From: Antedon mediterranea
Taxonomy: Eukaryota; Animalia; Echinodermata
Assembly: GCF_964355755.1 (NCBI RefSeq)
Contig: NC_092670.1
Location: forward strand, 8,732,201-8,796,200
Direction: 5' to 3'
Length of the DNA stretch: 64,000 bases
In this document: positions 12,690 through 24,221 of the stretch, in pieces
Layout of the letters: every line of letters starts with the position of its first letter
Numbering within the stretch: position 1 is the first letter of the stretch
Made by a program: the position numbers and the translations under genes
The notes under the pieces: generated by a model
Seen by the model: only the letters and a program-made list of their open reading frames with translations
Databases searched by the model: none
Told to the model about the DNA's origin: nothing

Positions 12690-14696
12690 CTATATAGTAC
12701 CATTATATATCATTTTCATAACCATAACTAGACCTAATAAACTTTCAATAATTTGTATCAAAATATGTGCATTAGTATGAATCTCTTTCAATTCTTTCAA
12801 GCAGCCATCTAAAATTCTAGTGGCACGGTGAATATTGCCATACTTAAGTGTTACTCTTGCCATTATATAATAAACAACTATGTCCAAAGAAAACCTAACG
12901 TCCCCGTGACCTTCGATGGCATATCGAAATACGTCATCAATCTTCCAAGACCTATGAATCAAATCTTTATTTTCATCTCTAGAAATTTCCACATATGGAA
13001 TGAACGGTTGTTCGTCTTCCGGTAATGCAGTTTGAAAATCTGCTATAGCTCTTAGCAGGGCTTTGTCATTACCCATTAAGTAATGGAATTTTACAGAAAG
13101 AGCATGCTTTCCTAAACAGTTGTCGTGGTTTCCGTCAGGGTAGACTATTTCACCTCCTAAATTGTAGTAATATAACGCTTTCCTTTCATACGTTGTCAGA
13201 TCTTCGATTGAGCATCTGTTTCGTAAGCACACCATTACGGACAGGATTAAGTCTCCTAAAAATTGGTACAGTCGGGTTTCAAACGCTTTATCATATCCCT
13301 TCATTACAATGGATTTGATATTCCTAATGATTGGTAATAACATGGATTCTGCATTTCTGATGATTTCTGAAATGTTAAAATTGCTCGTTATCAGAGGAAA
13401 GATCTTGGTAGAGATTGGCCAAATATCCTTTGACATCCAATTGAGAAATAGCAATTTTAAGGTTACTGGTTTCAATTTATTTTTTAGCTTTTTAATGAAG
13501 TCTTCAAGGCAGCTTGTTGTCATTGTGTGCTTTAAAAGATCATCCTCAAATCTTGAATAGTCATCACTTGTATTTACATCTGCAACATTTAATTTATCAC
13601 ATATATCATTCTTGATGATGGTTCTGAAAGGTACTTCACCATCCACTATACTTGAAATCACCAACACCCAAAGATTGTCTTTAGTTTCTTTCAATTTCCC
13701 ACTTACGTCATCACAGCATTCGACTGATAGATGACCTATCAAGTTTTGTTGTGGAATAAAATAATGTGGCAAATATCTCTTCTGATAGCAACTAATCAGC
13801 CAATCTAGCCCTCTTCTGATTAAATCCATGGTGTTGTCCGATGAAATGGTTTCACACATCCATAGGCAAGCAGTCTTGATGAAATACGAACAGAATGGTT
13901 TTGGTGTTTGAGGCTCATACAGTTTGTGCTTTTTCTTGATAGCTTTCAAAGCAAACATGCAGCCAAAAAATTGTTCAGGTAATTCTTGAATGATCTTTGT
14001 CTCCGCAACAGAAAATGACAATCGCCATTCACTGTCTTTTGTGTCACTATCATGACGTCCAACTGCAACTACAAGACAGTCTAGACTTGAGATGTTATTT
14101 AATAACTCCTGCGTCGGCCAGTTACTCGGTCTCAATCTTGTAAAGTACTCGTCAGTAATATATGGCCATGATACACACGCGAAGCAATATACTGTATCTC
14201 CCAGATCTGTTAATTTTGACATCTGTGTTAGTGATGGGCCGTGTATATCATACTCAGATGAAGCATAATTCTCCCTAGCTTGCTTAAAAATAACGTCCAT
14301 AAAACTGCTACTCTTATAATAACCATCTTTATCAATAAGATTTTCTCCAAGGCTGCTCTTTCCATCAAAACTTTTAAGTTTTAGATAGGCTGGTTCATCT
14401 TTATATAGTTCAGCTACAACAAAAGCATCTTTTTCCGGAGGCTGTTGCCAACAGACTGTCGTGAAAGATAGCACAAACATCATATCCACATCACTCCGAA
14501 TATATGTAGGCATTCCTTCAGAATAACTTCCAGAGAAATATACTCGTTCGAAGTGTTCGTCTTTTTCAGTGTTAGTTAATGCCTCTTCAACTATCCTAAG
14601 ATAAGATATTTGAGAAAATCGTCCAGTTGATTTACATGCAATTATCCCATTTGCGACCTCATCCATCTTCAGTTTTGGGTTCATATCTTCTCTCAT
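12690..14696 (-). CDS. cGAS-like receptor (Mab-21 family nucleotidyltransferase) with a long helical C-terminal domain, paralog 1, ~668 aa
   Basis: NTase motif FSGSYSEG..SDVD and third acidic residue in GDTVYCF; Mab-21 motifs WRLSFSVAE, SYFIKTACLW and LPHYFIPQQNLI. First ATG at 14696 (the ORF-track start at 14708 is TTG). Likely acceptor at 14759-14760. Confidence 0.93.
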   Translation of the reverse strand: MREDMNPKLKMDEVANGIIACKSTGRFSQISYLRIVEEALTNTEKDEHFERVYFSGSYSEGMPTYIRSDVDMMFVLSFTTVCWQQPPEKDAFVVAELYKDEPAYLKLKSFDGKSSLGENLIDKDGYYKSSSFMDVIFKQARENYASSEYDIHGPSLTQMSKLTDLGDTVYCFACVSWPYITDEYFTRLRPSNWPTQELLNNISSLDCLVVAVGRHDSDTKDSEWRLSFSVAETKIIQELPEQFFGCMFALKAIKKKHKLYEPQTPKPFCSYFIKTACLWMCETISSDNTMDLIRRGLDWLISCYQKRYLPHYFIPQQNLIGHLSVECCDDVSGKLKETKDNLWVLVISSIVDGEVPFRTIIKNDICDKLNVADVNTSDDYSRFEDDLLKHTMTTSCLEDFIKKLKNKLKPVTLKLLFLNWMSKDIWPISTKIFPLITSNFNISEIIRNAESMLLPIIRNIKSIVMKGYDKAFETRLYQFLGDLILSVMVCLRNRCSIEDLTTYERKALYYYNLGGEIVYPDGNHDNCLGKHALSVKFHYLMGNDKALLRAIADFQTALPEDEQPFIPYVEISRDENKDLIHRSWKIDDVFRYAIEGHGDVRFSLDIVVYYIMARVTLKYGNIHRATRILDGCLKELKEIHTNAHILIQIIESLLGLVMVMKMIYNGTI

Positions 14697-16618
14697 AATA
14701 ATTATCAATGTTGGTATAAATCTTCCACAACTTAATGCTGACGTGTTAACATACAGTACTTGAAAAAAGAAAACAACAATTAACCGCCTTTTATAAATTA
14801 TACAATCATTGATAATCGACCTTGAACAACACTTATATAAAACTTGAATCTTAGTATAAAGTTTGGAACAATTCAGTCTATTAACTGATATATCAACCGA
14901 AACATAACCTCTAAATTAGGACAGAATTGTGACCTATTACTTAACATTACTAATTACAAGCCCTACGTAGTCCGTAGGCCTACATAAAACGTATCAACAA
15001 CGAAACTAAGCAATGTTAATAACATCATCTGTTGAGCCATACATGTAGATATTAATGAATAGGCCTACAATACGGTATTATTGAACAAATAGTCACACTC
15101 AACATTGCCAATGGTATAATGGTAATGGGGAATAAGTTACGATTTTCCATGGTACTTATTTCTCCATGGTATAACGTAGACTGAACTTTCCGGTTAAGAA
15201 GTTTCAATCAATAAAGCTTGTATTGGGCCTATTTTTCAATATTAATTATAGCTAAACAACAAACAATTTCTATTAGATATACTGTATGCAACATAGAAAG
15301 ATACTATATAGGTATACTCACACAAAATACAGAAAATCACCTAAATGCCTATAACAACATAGCACCATTACCACTGTGTTGTATGCCTGAATGAGTCGGA
15401 ACAATTAAATAGGCAGCCAGCCAGACAACGAATAACAAATTATTGTATCTGAGTAAATAAATTAAGTAAATAACGGTATGCCTACCTGGAACGCAATACG
15501 ATTCGGAATCTACAACACATAACAACGTTAACCTTTTATCAAATATAAGATAGGCCTACGGTTGTACATTTTCATTATATTTAGGCTTGTATTAGGCCTA
15601 TAGATTTTAAACGTGCCATATTTCCTGGAAAGGTTACACAGGATAATATTACAGTCCATTGCTGTATGGTTGGGGCGCTAATCGATTATCATTAGCCGCT
15701 TACAGTCAGTTAAATCTGATATGGGGAAAGTCGTTTCTACAAAATGCCGTCACACTACGCAAACCTGGTTACAACTTGTTACTTTTTGCATATGTGAAAA
15801 GGGTTAGATATTACGCATAGTACCATATAATTTCAATGTTACTTTGTCATATCATGTATTACATTTTATTTTGTTACCATGACATTGAAAGTAAATAAAT
15901 GTTTAAATGCAAAAAAAATTATTTTGTTAGAAAATAATCTCTACAATTTTAATTTGGAAATGTTATTGTACAAAAAAAGAAACTTATAAAAAACTTAGAA
16001 AACTTGTTAAAACCTGCATGATAAAACACCAGGCAAAATGCCAATAGATATATGATGTCGGTCATAATCTTCTGACGACAATTAATTACAAAACAACGAC
16101 GTCAATCAGCTAAATTCCTTTGTTTACCCAGTACATCTTCTGGCTTGTTACAATAGCATGCATACCTGACTCTAAATACTCGTAACGAACGACGTGTGCA
16201 AATCTTCATCTCTATGCCTGTTTATACATTATGTCATAGCATAACGAAGTGTAACTAGCGACAACTCAGATACGAATGAACCAAACATATTGGAAATGAT
16301 TAAATTCACACACACTACTTGATAACTTTAAAAGTGTTGGTATTTTGTAAATTGCACACAAAACTAGTCAAATGCAAAGCTGTATTTCCTCGTGTACTTC
16401 CATGCAATGTTGGTTTTTAAATTATATTTCCTAATTATGCTACGGTAATGTAAGTAGCATTTTTCTCAAATATCTAGAATTATTAAAACAAGTGCAAATC
16501 TGCAATAAATATATCTTACCGTAATAATTGTGCCTGAAAAAGGAAAAAAACAATTTGAGTGAGGTACAATTTCCCATGACCTACGACCTACAGCCATAGA
16601 GCCTTTGTTTATACCTTA

Positions 16619-18670
16619 CTAAATAGTACCATTACATATCATTTGCATAACCTGAACTAGTCCTAACAAACTTTCAATAATTTGTATTAATATGCATACA
16701 TCATAAGCATTCTCTATTTTTAAGGCATCTGCGATAGTAGACGCAAAATATATGTGGCCATTTTTTAGTGCCACTCTGGCCATTATATACCATACAATCA
16801 AGTCTAATGGATATCTAGCTCTATGACTTTTGATGACATATTGAAATATTTCATCAATTTTCCATGACATATAACTCAAGTTTCTGCAGTCAGTGATACA
16901 TATTTCTATACAGGTAGACAACTCGGGTGTGTGTACGTCGAATATAGTATGCATGAAGTCTGTCAAACCCCTATCTAAATCTTTGTCATTACCCATTAAG
17001 TAATGGAACTTAACTAACAGAGCACGTTTTCTTAAGCATCGGTCGCGATATCCGTTAGGTTGGACCATTTCATCACCTATGTTGTAGTAATACAATGCTT
17101 TATTTTGATACGCATTCAGATCTTCGATTGAACATTTGTTTCGTAAGCACACAATTGCAGACAGGATTAGTTCTCCTAGAAATTGATACAATGCTGTTTT
17201 AAACGCTTCGTCATATCCCTTCATTACAATGGACTTAATATCCCTGATAATTGGTAATACGATAGATTCCATATTTTGAATTAGTTCTGAAATGTGAATT
17301 TTGGTTTCCATCAAGGAAATGATTTGCCTAGAAATTTGTATAACATCAAAAGCAAACCATTTCATGGGGGCATTTGATCTTAACTTACACTTTAAATAAT
17401 CAATAAAGTTGTTAATACAATGTGTAGCCTTTGGATGTTTGGAAAGATCTGCCTCAAACTCTGAATAGTTATCACTTTTAGTTACATCTGCAATTTGCAA
17501 TTTGTCACATATCTCATGTTTGACGGCCATTCCTACTTCATCAATACCAATACTGGACATCACCATCACCCAAAGTTGTCTTAAAGTCGATGTCAATGTT
17601 CTACTAACATCGTCACAAAGTTCTCTAGACAAATGACCAATCAGGTTTTGCTGTGGAATAAAATAATGTGGCAAATATCTCTTCTGATAGCAACTAATCA
17701 GCCAATCTAGCACTTGTCTGATTAAATCCATGGTGTTGTCAGATGAAATGGTTTCACACATCCATAGGCAAGCAGTCTTGATGAAATATGAACAGAATGG
17801 CTTTGGTTCTTGAGACTCAAACAGTTTGTGTCTTTTCTTGATAGCTTTCAAAGCAAACATACATCCAGCAAATGATTCCGGCATTTTTTGAATAAGCTTT
17901 CTCTCGGCAACAGAAAATGACAATCGCCATTCCAGGTCTTTTGCGTCACTATCATGACGTCCAACGGGAACTACGTGACAATCAAGGCATCGGATGTCTC
18001 TTAATAATTGCTGAGATGGCCAGTTACTCGGTCTCTGTCTTTTAAAATAGTTGTCAGTGTTAGGTGGCCATGACTGGCATGAAAAGCAATGGACAGTATC
18101 AGTCATTGTTTGAGCCTCTGACATTAGAAGTGATTGTCTCTGTGATAATGATGGACCGTTTATTGTAGGGGCAGAAAAATTTAAATTCAGATTTTTACTA
18201 TATTGATCTGAAAATAGATGTAAACGTTTCATAGCAGATTCCTTAAAACTGCTACTCTCAATGTATTCATTTCTAACAATAAATTCCCAAATGCTTTTTT
18301 CACCAAATATGTTAAAGCCATGTCGGCTTTTTCCCTCAAGGCTTTTAAGTTTCAGATATGCTGGTTCATCTTTATGTAGCTCACCGATTACACACCTGTC
18401 TTTTTCACTTTGTTCCTGCCAACATACTGTTCTTGAAGAAATCACGCCCATAATGTCCACATCACCCCAAACGTTATGAGGCATTCCTTCAGAAGAGCTT
18501 CCTGTGTAATAACTGTATTCAATATTTTCCTTTTTATATGTACTGTTATATACTTTTTCCAAAATCATTGAATGAGATATTTTTGCCAATCTGTCGACTG
18601 TTTTACATTTAATTATCTCATTTGCAACCTCATCCATCTTTAGGCTTACGTTCATATGTTCAGCCATCAT
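16619..18670 (-). CDS. cGAS-like receptor (Mab-21 family nucleotidyltransferase), paralog 2, ~683 aa
   Basis: YTGSSSEG..GDVD, TDTVHCF, WRLSFSVAE, SYFIKTACLW and LPHYFIPQQNLI; colinear with paralog 1. Acceptor TTTTTCCAG at 18712-18720; candidate upstream donors GTAAGT at 18927-18932 and 18950-18955. Confidence 0.93.
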   Translation of the reverse strand: MMAEHMNVSLKMDEVANEIIKCKTVDRLAKISHSMILEKVYNSTYKKENIEYSYYTGSSSEGMPHNVWGDVDIMGVISSRTVCWQEQSEKDRCVIGELHKDEPAYLKLKSLEGKSRHGFNIFGEKSIWEFIVRNEYIESSSFKESAMKRLHLFSDQYSKNLNLNFSAPTINGPSLSQRQSLLMSEAQTMTDTVHCFSCQSWPPNTDNYFKRQRPSNWPSQQLLRDIRCLDCHVVPVGRHDSDAKDLEWRLSFSVAERKLIQKMPESFAGCMFALKAIKKRHKLFESQEPKPFCSYFIKTACLWMCETISSDNTMDLIRQVLDWLISCYQKRYLPHYFIPQQNLIGHLSRELCDDVSRTLTSTLRQLWVMVMSSIGIDEVGMAVKHEICDKLQIADVTKSDNYSEFEADLSKHPKATHCINNFIDYLKCKLRSNAPMKWFAFDVIQISRQIISLMETKIHISELIQNMESIVLPIIRDIKSIVMKGYDEAFKTALYQFLGELILSAIVCLRNKCSIEDLNAYQNKALYYYNIGDEMVQPNGYRDRCLRKRALLVKFHYLMGNDKDLDRGLTDFMHTIFDVHTPELSTCIEICITDCRNLSYMSWKIDEIFQYVIKSHRARYPLDLIVWYIMARVALKNGHIYFASTIADALKIENAYDVCILIQIIESLLGLVQVMQMICNGTI

Positions 18671-19649
18671 ATTATTATATGAAATAAATAAATCTTCACT
18701 GTGACATGTACCTGGAAAAACAATCAATATAGACCCTATTTATTTCATAGATAGAAATGGTTGTATTTATGTCTTATGCAATGTTTCACACAGCCACATA
18801 TACGTAATACACTCCATAATTTTCAATCAGTATTTCTAATCGACTGTAACTGCAGATTATACGATGTTGATACAATTAAACGATGATTATGGTATAATAT
18901 TAAAGGGATACAATCTTGTTTAATATACTTACAAAAAATGAAAAATGTAACTTACGTTAATTCAAATAATTCTAAAAACAAAATCTACAACCATACGTAT
19001 TGAAAGCAAACCAAGTAATGACGAAAACATATGCTTACAAATTTTCTAATCTATAAATCAATAAAATAAAGTGCAGGATAGGAAAATAATAGTGATGTTT
19101 TACTAAAGCAACCAACATCTGTTAAATTATATCTATACATTAATTTACAGCTCCATAATAATAATATTTTATTGGCTTCAGTTGCATGCTGTTACAGAAA
19201 TTACCAAATACTATAATATTTTGTAGATTTAAAATGCACAATTATTCAAGAATTTCATGATATATTGTTTAACTGGCATCATCAGAATAAAAAATAATGT
19301 TGTGGTTACGAGTGTATGCTAAATTGTATTTAGTGTTAATAAACCTTCCACACCCATGGAGATGTGATTGAACCCCAAGAGAGCATCTATGGAACGAACC
19401 ACAGCGGGAACGAGCCACTGTGGGGACGAACCATATAAAACGGAAGCAAAACAGAAACCCTGACAAAATAGTGATGGCGTAAACAAGTAAAACAGTATTA
19501 AACCATTGGAAGAAATAACACCATATAAAGTAAATCCTATGAGTGCCACCTTTATTTAAAACCATAAGTTGATGAATAAATGTAGAGCATCTATTTTTCC
19601 AACTTGAACCATATTTTAACAACGTATTAGGGATGTACATATGATTCCA

Positions 19650-19860
19650 GAACAATCGCGAGATTTACGATATCGCCGCGCGCGCTCGCCGTACAGCCGT
19701 GGCCGTAAATTGCTGTGACGTAACAAGTGCATGTCAAAATCTATCTCATGAGTTTTCACTGTTGTTAACATACAAGAGATAACGCAAAATACCACCGAGT
19801 GAATGATCAATCAATCGGCGGTTCCACAGAGCACGCGCATCTAACGGCAAACAAATGTTA
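19650..19860. promoter_or_regulatory. CpG-rich patch, possible promoter upstream of cGLR paralog 2
   Basis: Dense CpG (ATCGCGAGATT, CGCCGCGCGCGCTCGCCG) and CRE-like TGACGTAA in AT-rich DNA; could equally be TE-derived. Confidence 0.25.
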
Positions 19861-20356
19861 TCGTCCAATTATAGTTAGTCACGTGTGTTTATCAGCGGAA
19901 AAGGTATAATCGTTTTGCTTATCCCTAGCGTGCTTCAAAAAGCCACTTCTAATCTAAACACAAAAATAAAAGACAATTTACCTGAAAACTATATTCTGCT
20001 GACGCGGTCGACGACAATTTCGAAAATAACAGTTAATTTTCCTACACTATATAATAAACACAGATGAGTCTTTATATTATAACATTAATGAAGAAGTCTG
20101 AATGCGGAACAAAAGTTGTTTTCTTGCAAAGATTTACACAATTGCTTATATTTTTAAAATAAATTAGATATTGGTTTGTATTACCATATCGTAATACAAC
20201 TTGGCGTACGCACTTGCCACTGGTCATAAAGACCTCTCAGTTGACATTGTACATAAATAAACACTTGCACTGATGAAGAGCTAGTGTTGTCCGAAAGCTC
20301 TGCTGATTTTTCTGGCTGTTTTTCTTTACCGTTTTGATTACTTTTTGCTTATTTTG

Positions 20357-20918
20357 CTCCATTGAGATCCAGCCACTGATAAAAAACAGCATTGTCATTT
20401 TGTATCTCCATTGAGATCCAGCCACTGATACAAACAGCATTGTCATTTTGTATCTCCATTGAGATCCAGCCACTGATACAAACAGCATTGTCATTTGGAT
20501 CCAGCCACTGATACAAACAGCATTGTCATTTTGTATCTCCATTGAGATCCAGCCACTGATACAAACAGCATTGTCATTTTGTATCAACATTGAGATCCAG
20601 CCACTGATACAAACAGCATTGTCATTTTTTATCTCCATTGAGATCCAGCCACTGATACAAACAGCATTGTCATTTTGTATCTCCATTGTTGAGATCCAGC
20701 CACTGATACAAACAGCATGGTCATTTTGTATCTCCATTGAGATCCAGCCACTGATATAAACAGCATTGTCATTTTGTATCTCCATTGAGATCCAGCCACT
20801 GATATAAACAGCATTGTCATTTTGTATCTCCATTGAGATCCAGCCACTGATACAAACAGCATTGTCATTTTGTATCTCCATTGAGATCCAGCCACTGATA
20901 TAAACAGCATTGTCATTT
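20357..20918. repeat. 48-bp minisatellite, ~12 copies
   Basis: Unit CTCCATTGAGATCCAGCCACTGATACAAACAGCATTGTCATTTTGTAT; accounts for the repetitive ORFs at 20237-20989. Confidence 0.97.
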
Positions 20919-21680
20919 GCCTTTGGATATATTATACAACATATATAGATAGTTAGATATTTTATTTTACACAGTAGTTGTGATGCCACGAAGGAAAAAA
21001 ATACAGTACGGGTTTATGATTTTTAAGGACCTCAATCAGCGGTTAGATCAAACGTATCATGTCTTTTGCCGGCGTCGCACACGATCCGTTAATTCGCAGC
21101 TATCTATAGAGGACAGCGGCAAGATACATTGTGTTCAAAGAGCGTGTTTTGTTTAATTGATAGAGTGCTTAGTTAGGCTATCGCATTGAATAATCGTCTG
21201 GTCTGATTCAAGTCCTTCTTTTCCAGTTGTTTACGCTAAATCATGGGCTACTGACCAATATACGTATGTATGTTTTTTTTTTAAATACAGGAGTAAGAAG
21301 ACATTCTATAGTATTACAATGACGTATAACACAAAAATAAACCAAAGAGAAATGTACGTATAAAAATAAGGAATGCTATATTTTTTTTAATATAATAGGC
21401 CTTTATATAAAAGAATAAATTTCAAAATGTATGAATGCATTTTGTTATAAATACTATTAGATTATTACTATTACTAAGCCTAAATATTAAATAAGATAAA
21501 GACTAAAATGAAGAAATTAAAGTATGTGAAATCTCTACAAGATTGTTGTTGTCATTAGTGCATTGAGGTTAAATATAAACCTTCAAAATGAATAAATCGA
21601 TTTAGAGCAGACTTGGCTAAATTCAGTTGAAACATCACATCAAGTCAATAAACTATCTTAACTGAATGATTTACAAAAGT

Positions 21681-22553
21681 TCATTCTATAGGAAGTTCTT
21701 TTTTATACCCAAACAACAGAAAATCGTATAGATATGTTTGATATAATGATTCTAATTCTGAATCAGAAATTTCGGAATAACTTCGTACAAGTCTGTCATG
21801 ACTCGAGCTATTTGTAACATGCGTTTTTGGTGGTTTGGGAAACTGTAAGTCAGATCCTACAAGCTTCAGGATATAATTTGCATAATTGTCTAAATCCTCC
21901 ATGCGACCGATGACGTCATAGTCGATATCACATGGATGACATCTAGTAGACATTTCACCCCAGTGAATGTTGGCGATGGGTTTTTTTGAAATCAACATTT
22001 GAACAAATTCACGAAATGTCAAATCATTTTTGCTAATAACAAGTCCCAGTTTCTTCCTAATTTGTTTTGTAAATATATCATGTACATCTTGTCGATAATC
22101 ACTAGCATTCTTTGCAACCAGCTTATCACTATAAGCAGATAATAGCCGAATATACGGATTTCTTACAAACATAACTTTCGTATAGTCTCTCATAATTTCT
22201 TTTTGCTTTTTGAGAGGAAAGCGTACAAGACGAGGTACGTGGATTTTCCAAGCAGCAGACACACTTGGAGCACTCATTTTCTGAATCTCTGAATAGTTTT
22301 TATACCCAGATAGAACTAAGAACAATCTACTCCAACTATTTGTGGCTACTTTAGGTGTTTGACAAAGAGCAAATTTAAGTTTTTCATTAAATACTGTATG
22401 ATGAGGATATTTCTTCATTGTTGGAATCTTCTTTCGATACTTTTTGCACATATCTTTTACGTATCTAGTAAAGTTTTCATTTTTTTCAGCGTATTTCTTC
22501 ATAAATTCGTCGGAGGTCATCTGGGATTTTACCACATCCGTAGCGTTTAACAC
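21681..22553 (-). CDS. Carbohydrate sulfotransferase (Sulfotransfer_2, CHST8-14-like), catalytic last exon, copy 1
   Basis: 5'-PSB motif CQTPKVATNSW, 3'-PB motif FVRNPYIRLLSAYSDK, plus HW, CHPCDIDYDVIG and YLYDFLLFGY. Acceptor CTTACAG just upstream of 22553. Confidence 0.92.
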   Translation of the reverse strand: MLNATDVVKSQMTSDEFMKKYAEKNENFTRYVKDMCKKYRKKIPTMKKYPHHTVFNEKLKFALCQTPKVATNSWSRLFLVLSGYKNYSEIQKMSAPSVSAAWKIHVPRLVRFPLKKQKEIMRDYTKVMFVRNPYIRLLSAYSDKLVAKNASDYRQDVHDIFTKQIRKKLGLVISKNDLTFREFVQMLISKKPIANIHWGEMSTRCHPCDIDYDVIGRMEDLDNYANYILKLVGSDLQFPKPPKTHVTNSSSHDRLVRSYSEISDSELESLYQTYLYDFLLFGYKKELPIE

Positions 22554-22654
22554 CTGTAAGAAGATAAACCAGGAATACAGACTTTTACAACAATGATATT
22601 TATATCATTTGTATATACAGTAATATATAAATTATATAGAGAGAAACCCTCGGT

Positions 22655-24221
22655 GATACTTTATGCTGGAAAATGTATAAACGGTGAAGATGGAAGTAGA
22701 TGGAAATTTAATGGGAAACCTAGATATGGTCCTTTATTTGATACCATGAAAGTTGCTAGATCTCGTTTTAAATTTGCTCTTCGGAACTGCAGACAGAATG
22801 AAGAGCAGCTTCAAGCTGATAAGATTGCGAACTCTTATATTGATAACGATTTATATTTAACAGTTTTTGGAATAACGTAAAGCGTATGAACAACTCATCT
22901 TCTGGTTCATCTAACATTATTAATGATGTTAGAGGGGATAATAATATATGTAAAGCATGGGCTGATCATTAGGAGAAACTTTTCAATTGTGTTAACAATG
23001 ATACTCATAGAATGTATGTTGAAAGACATCTTAGTGAAATTAATGTATCTGCGTTTGATGATAAAATTTGTACTGATAGTAATATATTGGATAGTATAAA
23101 TAAGCTCACTAGTGGTAAATCCCTTGGATTTGACGGGCTTAGTACAGATCATTTGAAGTATGCTTCAAAACATGTTATTACTTTACTTAGTTTATGTTTT
23201 AATGCTATGTGTATTCACGGCCATGTCACTGATGAAATGGTACAAGTTGTACTGGTGCCTATAATTAAAAGTAAATCTGGTGAAATTACGAGTATGGACA
23301 ATTACAGGCCTATAGCTCTTGCTTCTGTTGTATCTAAAATATTTGGAAACATTGTTAATCAACTATTGTGGAGATACCCTTAAGTCAGGTGATCACCAGT
23401 TTGCTTTCAAAAGTCAACACTCAACGGATACTTGTATCTTAGTTTTTAAGCAGATAGTGGATTACTATAATAGGAATGGGAGCCCCGTATTTACTTGTTT
23501 TCTCAACGCGAGTAAATCGTTTGACCGAGTTAATCACTGGTCACTGTACAGGCAATAAATTATGAGAGATCAAACATTATTGCTATTAGACTTCTAAAAT
23601 CTTGGTATGAGAATCAACGATTTTTTTGTTAGATGGGGTAACTCTATGTCTCTATGTTTTAAAGTTACCAATGGTGTTATGTCTCCTCTGTTATATAATG
23701 TTTAAATTGACAATTTAAACATTATGCTTAGTGATTGTAATTTTGGTTGTGAATAACACAAAGTTCAACAACAAGTTATGCAGACGACATGGTGTTACTT
23801 GCGCCCTCTTTAGATGCCCTCCAAAAGATCGTTAACATATGTGAGGATTTTGCTAATGACTTTGATGTATTATATAATTTTAAAACATCTATTTGCATGT
23901 GCTTTTGCCCTAGAACAAGAAAACTGAATGGTAGTTATGTACCGTAACTGTTCTATGTGGTAAAGAACTAAATTACGTTCAATCCACTACCTACCTTGGT
24001 TGTGTTATCAGTAATGATACTAGGGACGAACTGGATAATAAAAGGCAATATCGATCATTATGTATTAGAGATAACTCTCTTTGTAGAAAATTTAGTAAAT
24101 GCTCAACGGATGTTAAGATTACTTTGTTTAAGTCATACTGTATTTGTATGTATTGTGCGGCCTTATGGTGTGTTTTTAATGTAAAAACTATGAAGTCATT
24201 ACAGGTCTGTTATAATAACGC
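22655..24221 (+). mobile_element. Decayed RTEX-like LINE reverse-transcriptase fragment inside a CHST intron
   Basis: Frameshifted motifs GKPRYGPLFDTMKVARSRFKFALR, DNYRPIALASVVSKIF, GSPVFTCFLNASKSFDRVNHW and YADDMVLLAPS (~23777). Confidence 0.85.

Noticed and set aside
19628-19927. hAT element bounded by TAGGGAT...ATCCCTA
   Set aside because: Only 7 bp of inverted match and no 8-bp TSD.
20237-20989. 250-aa repeat protein
   Set aside because: By-product of a 48-bp minisatellite that is open in several frames on both strands; no ATG start.
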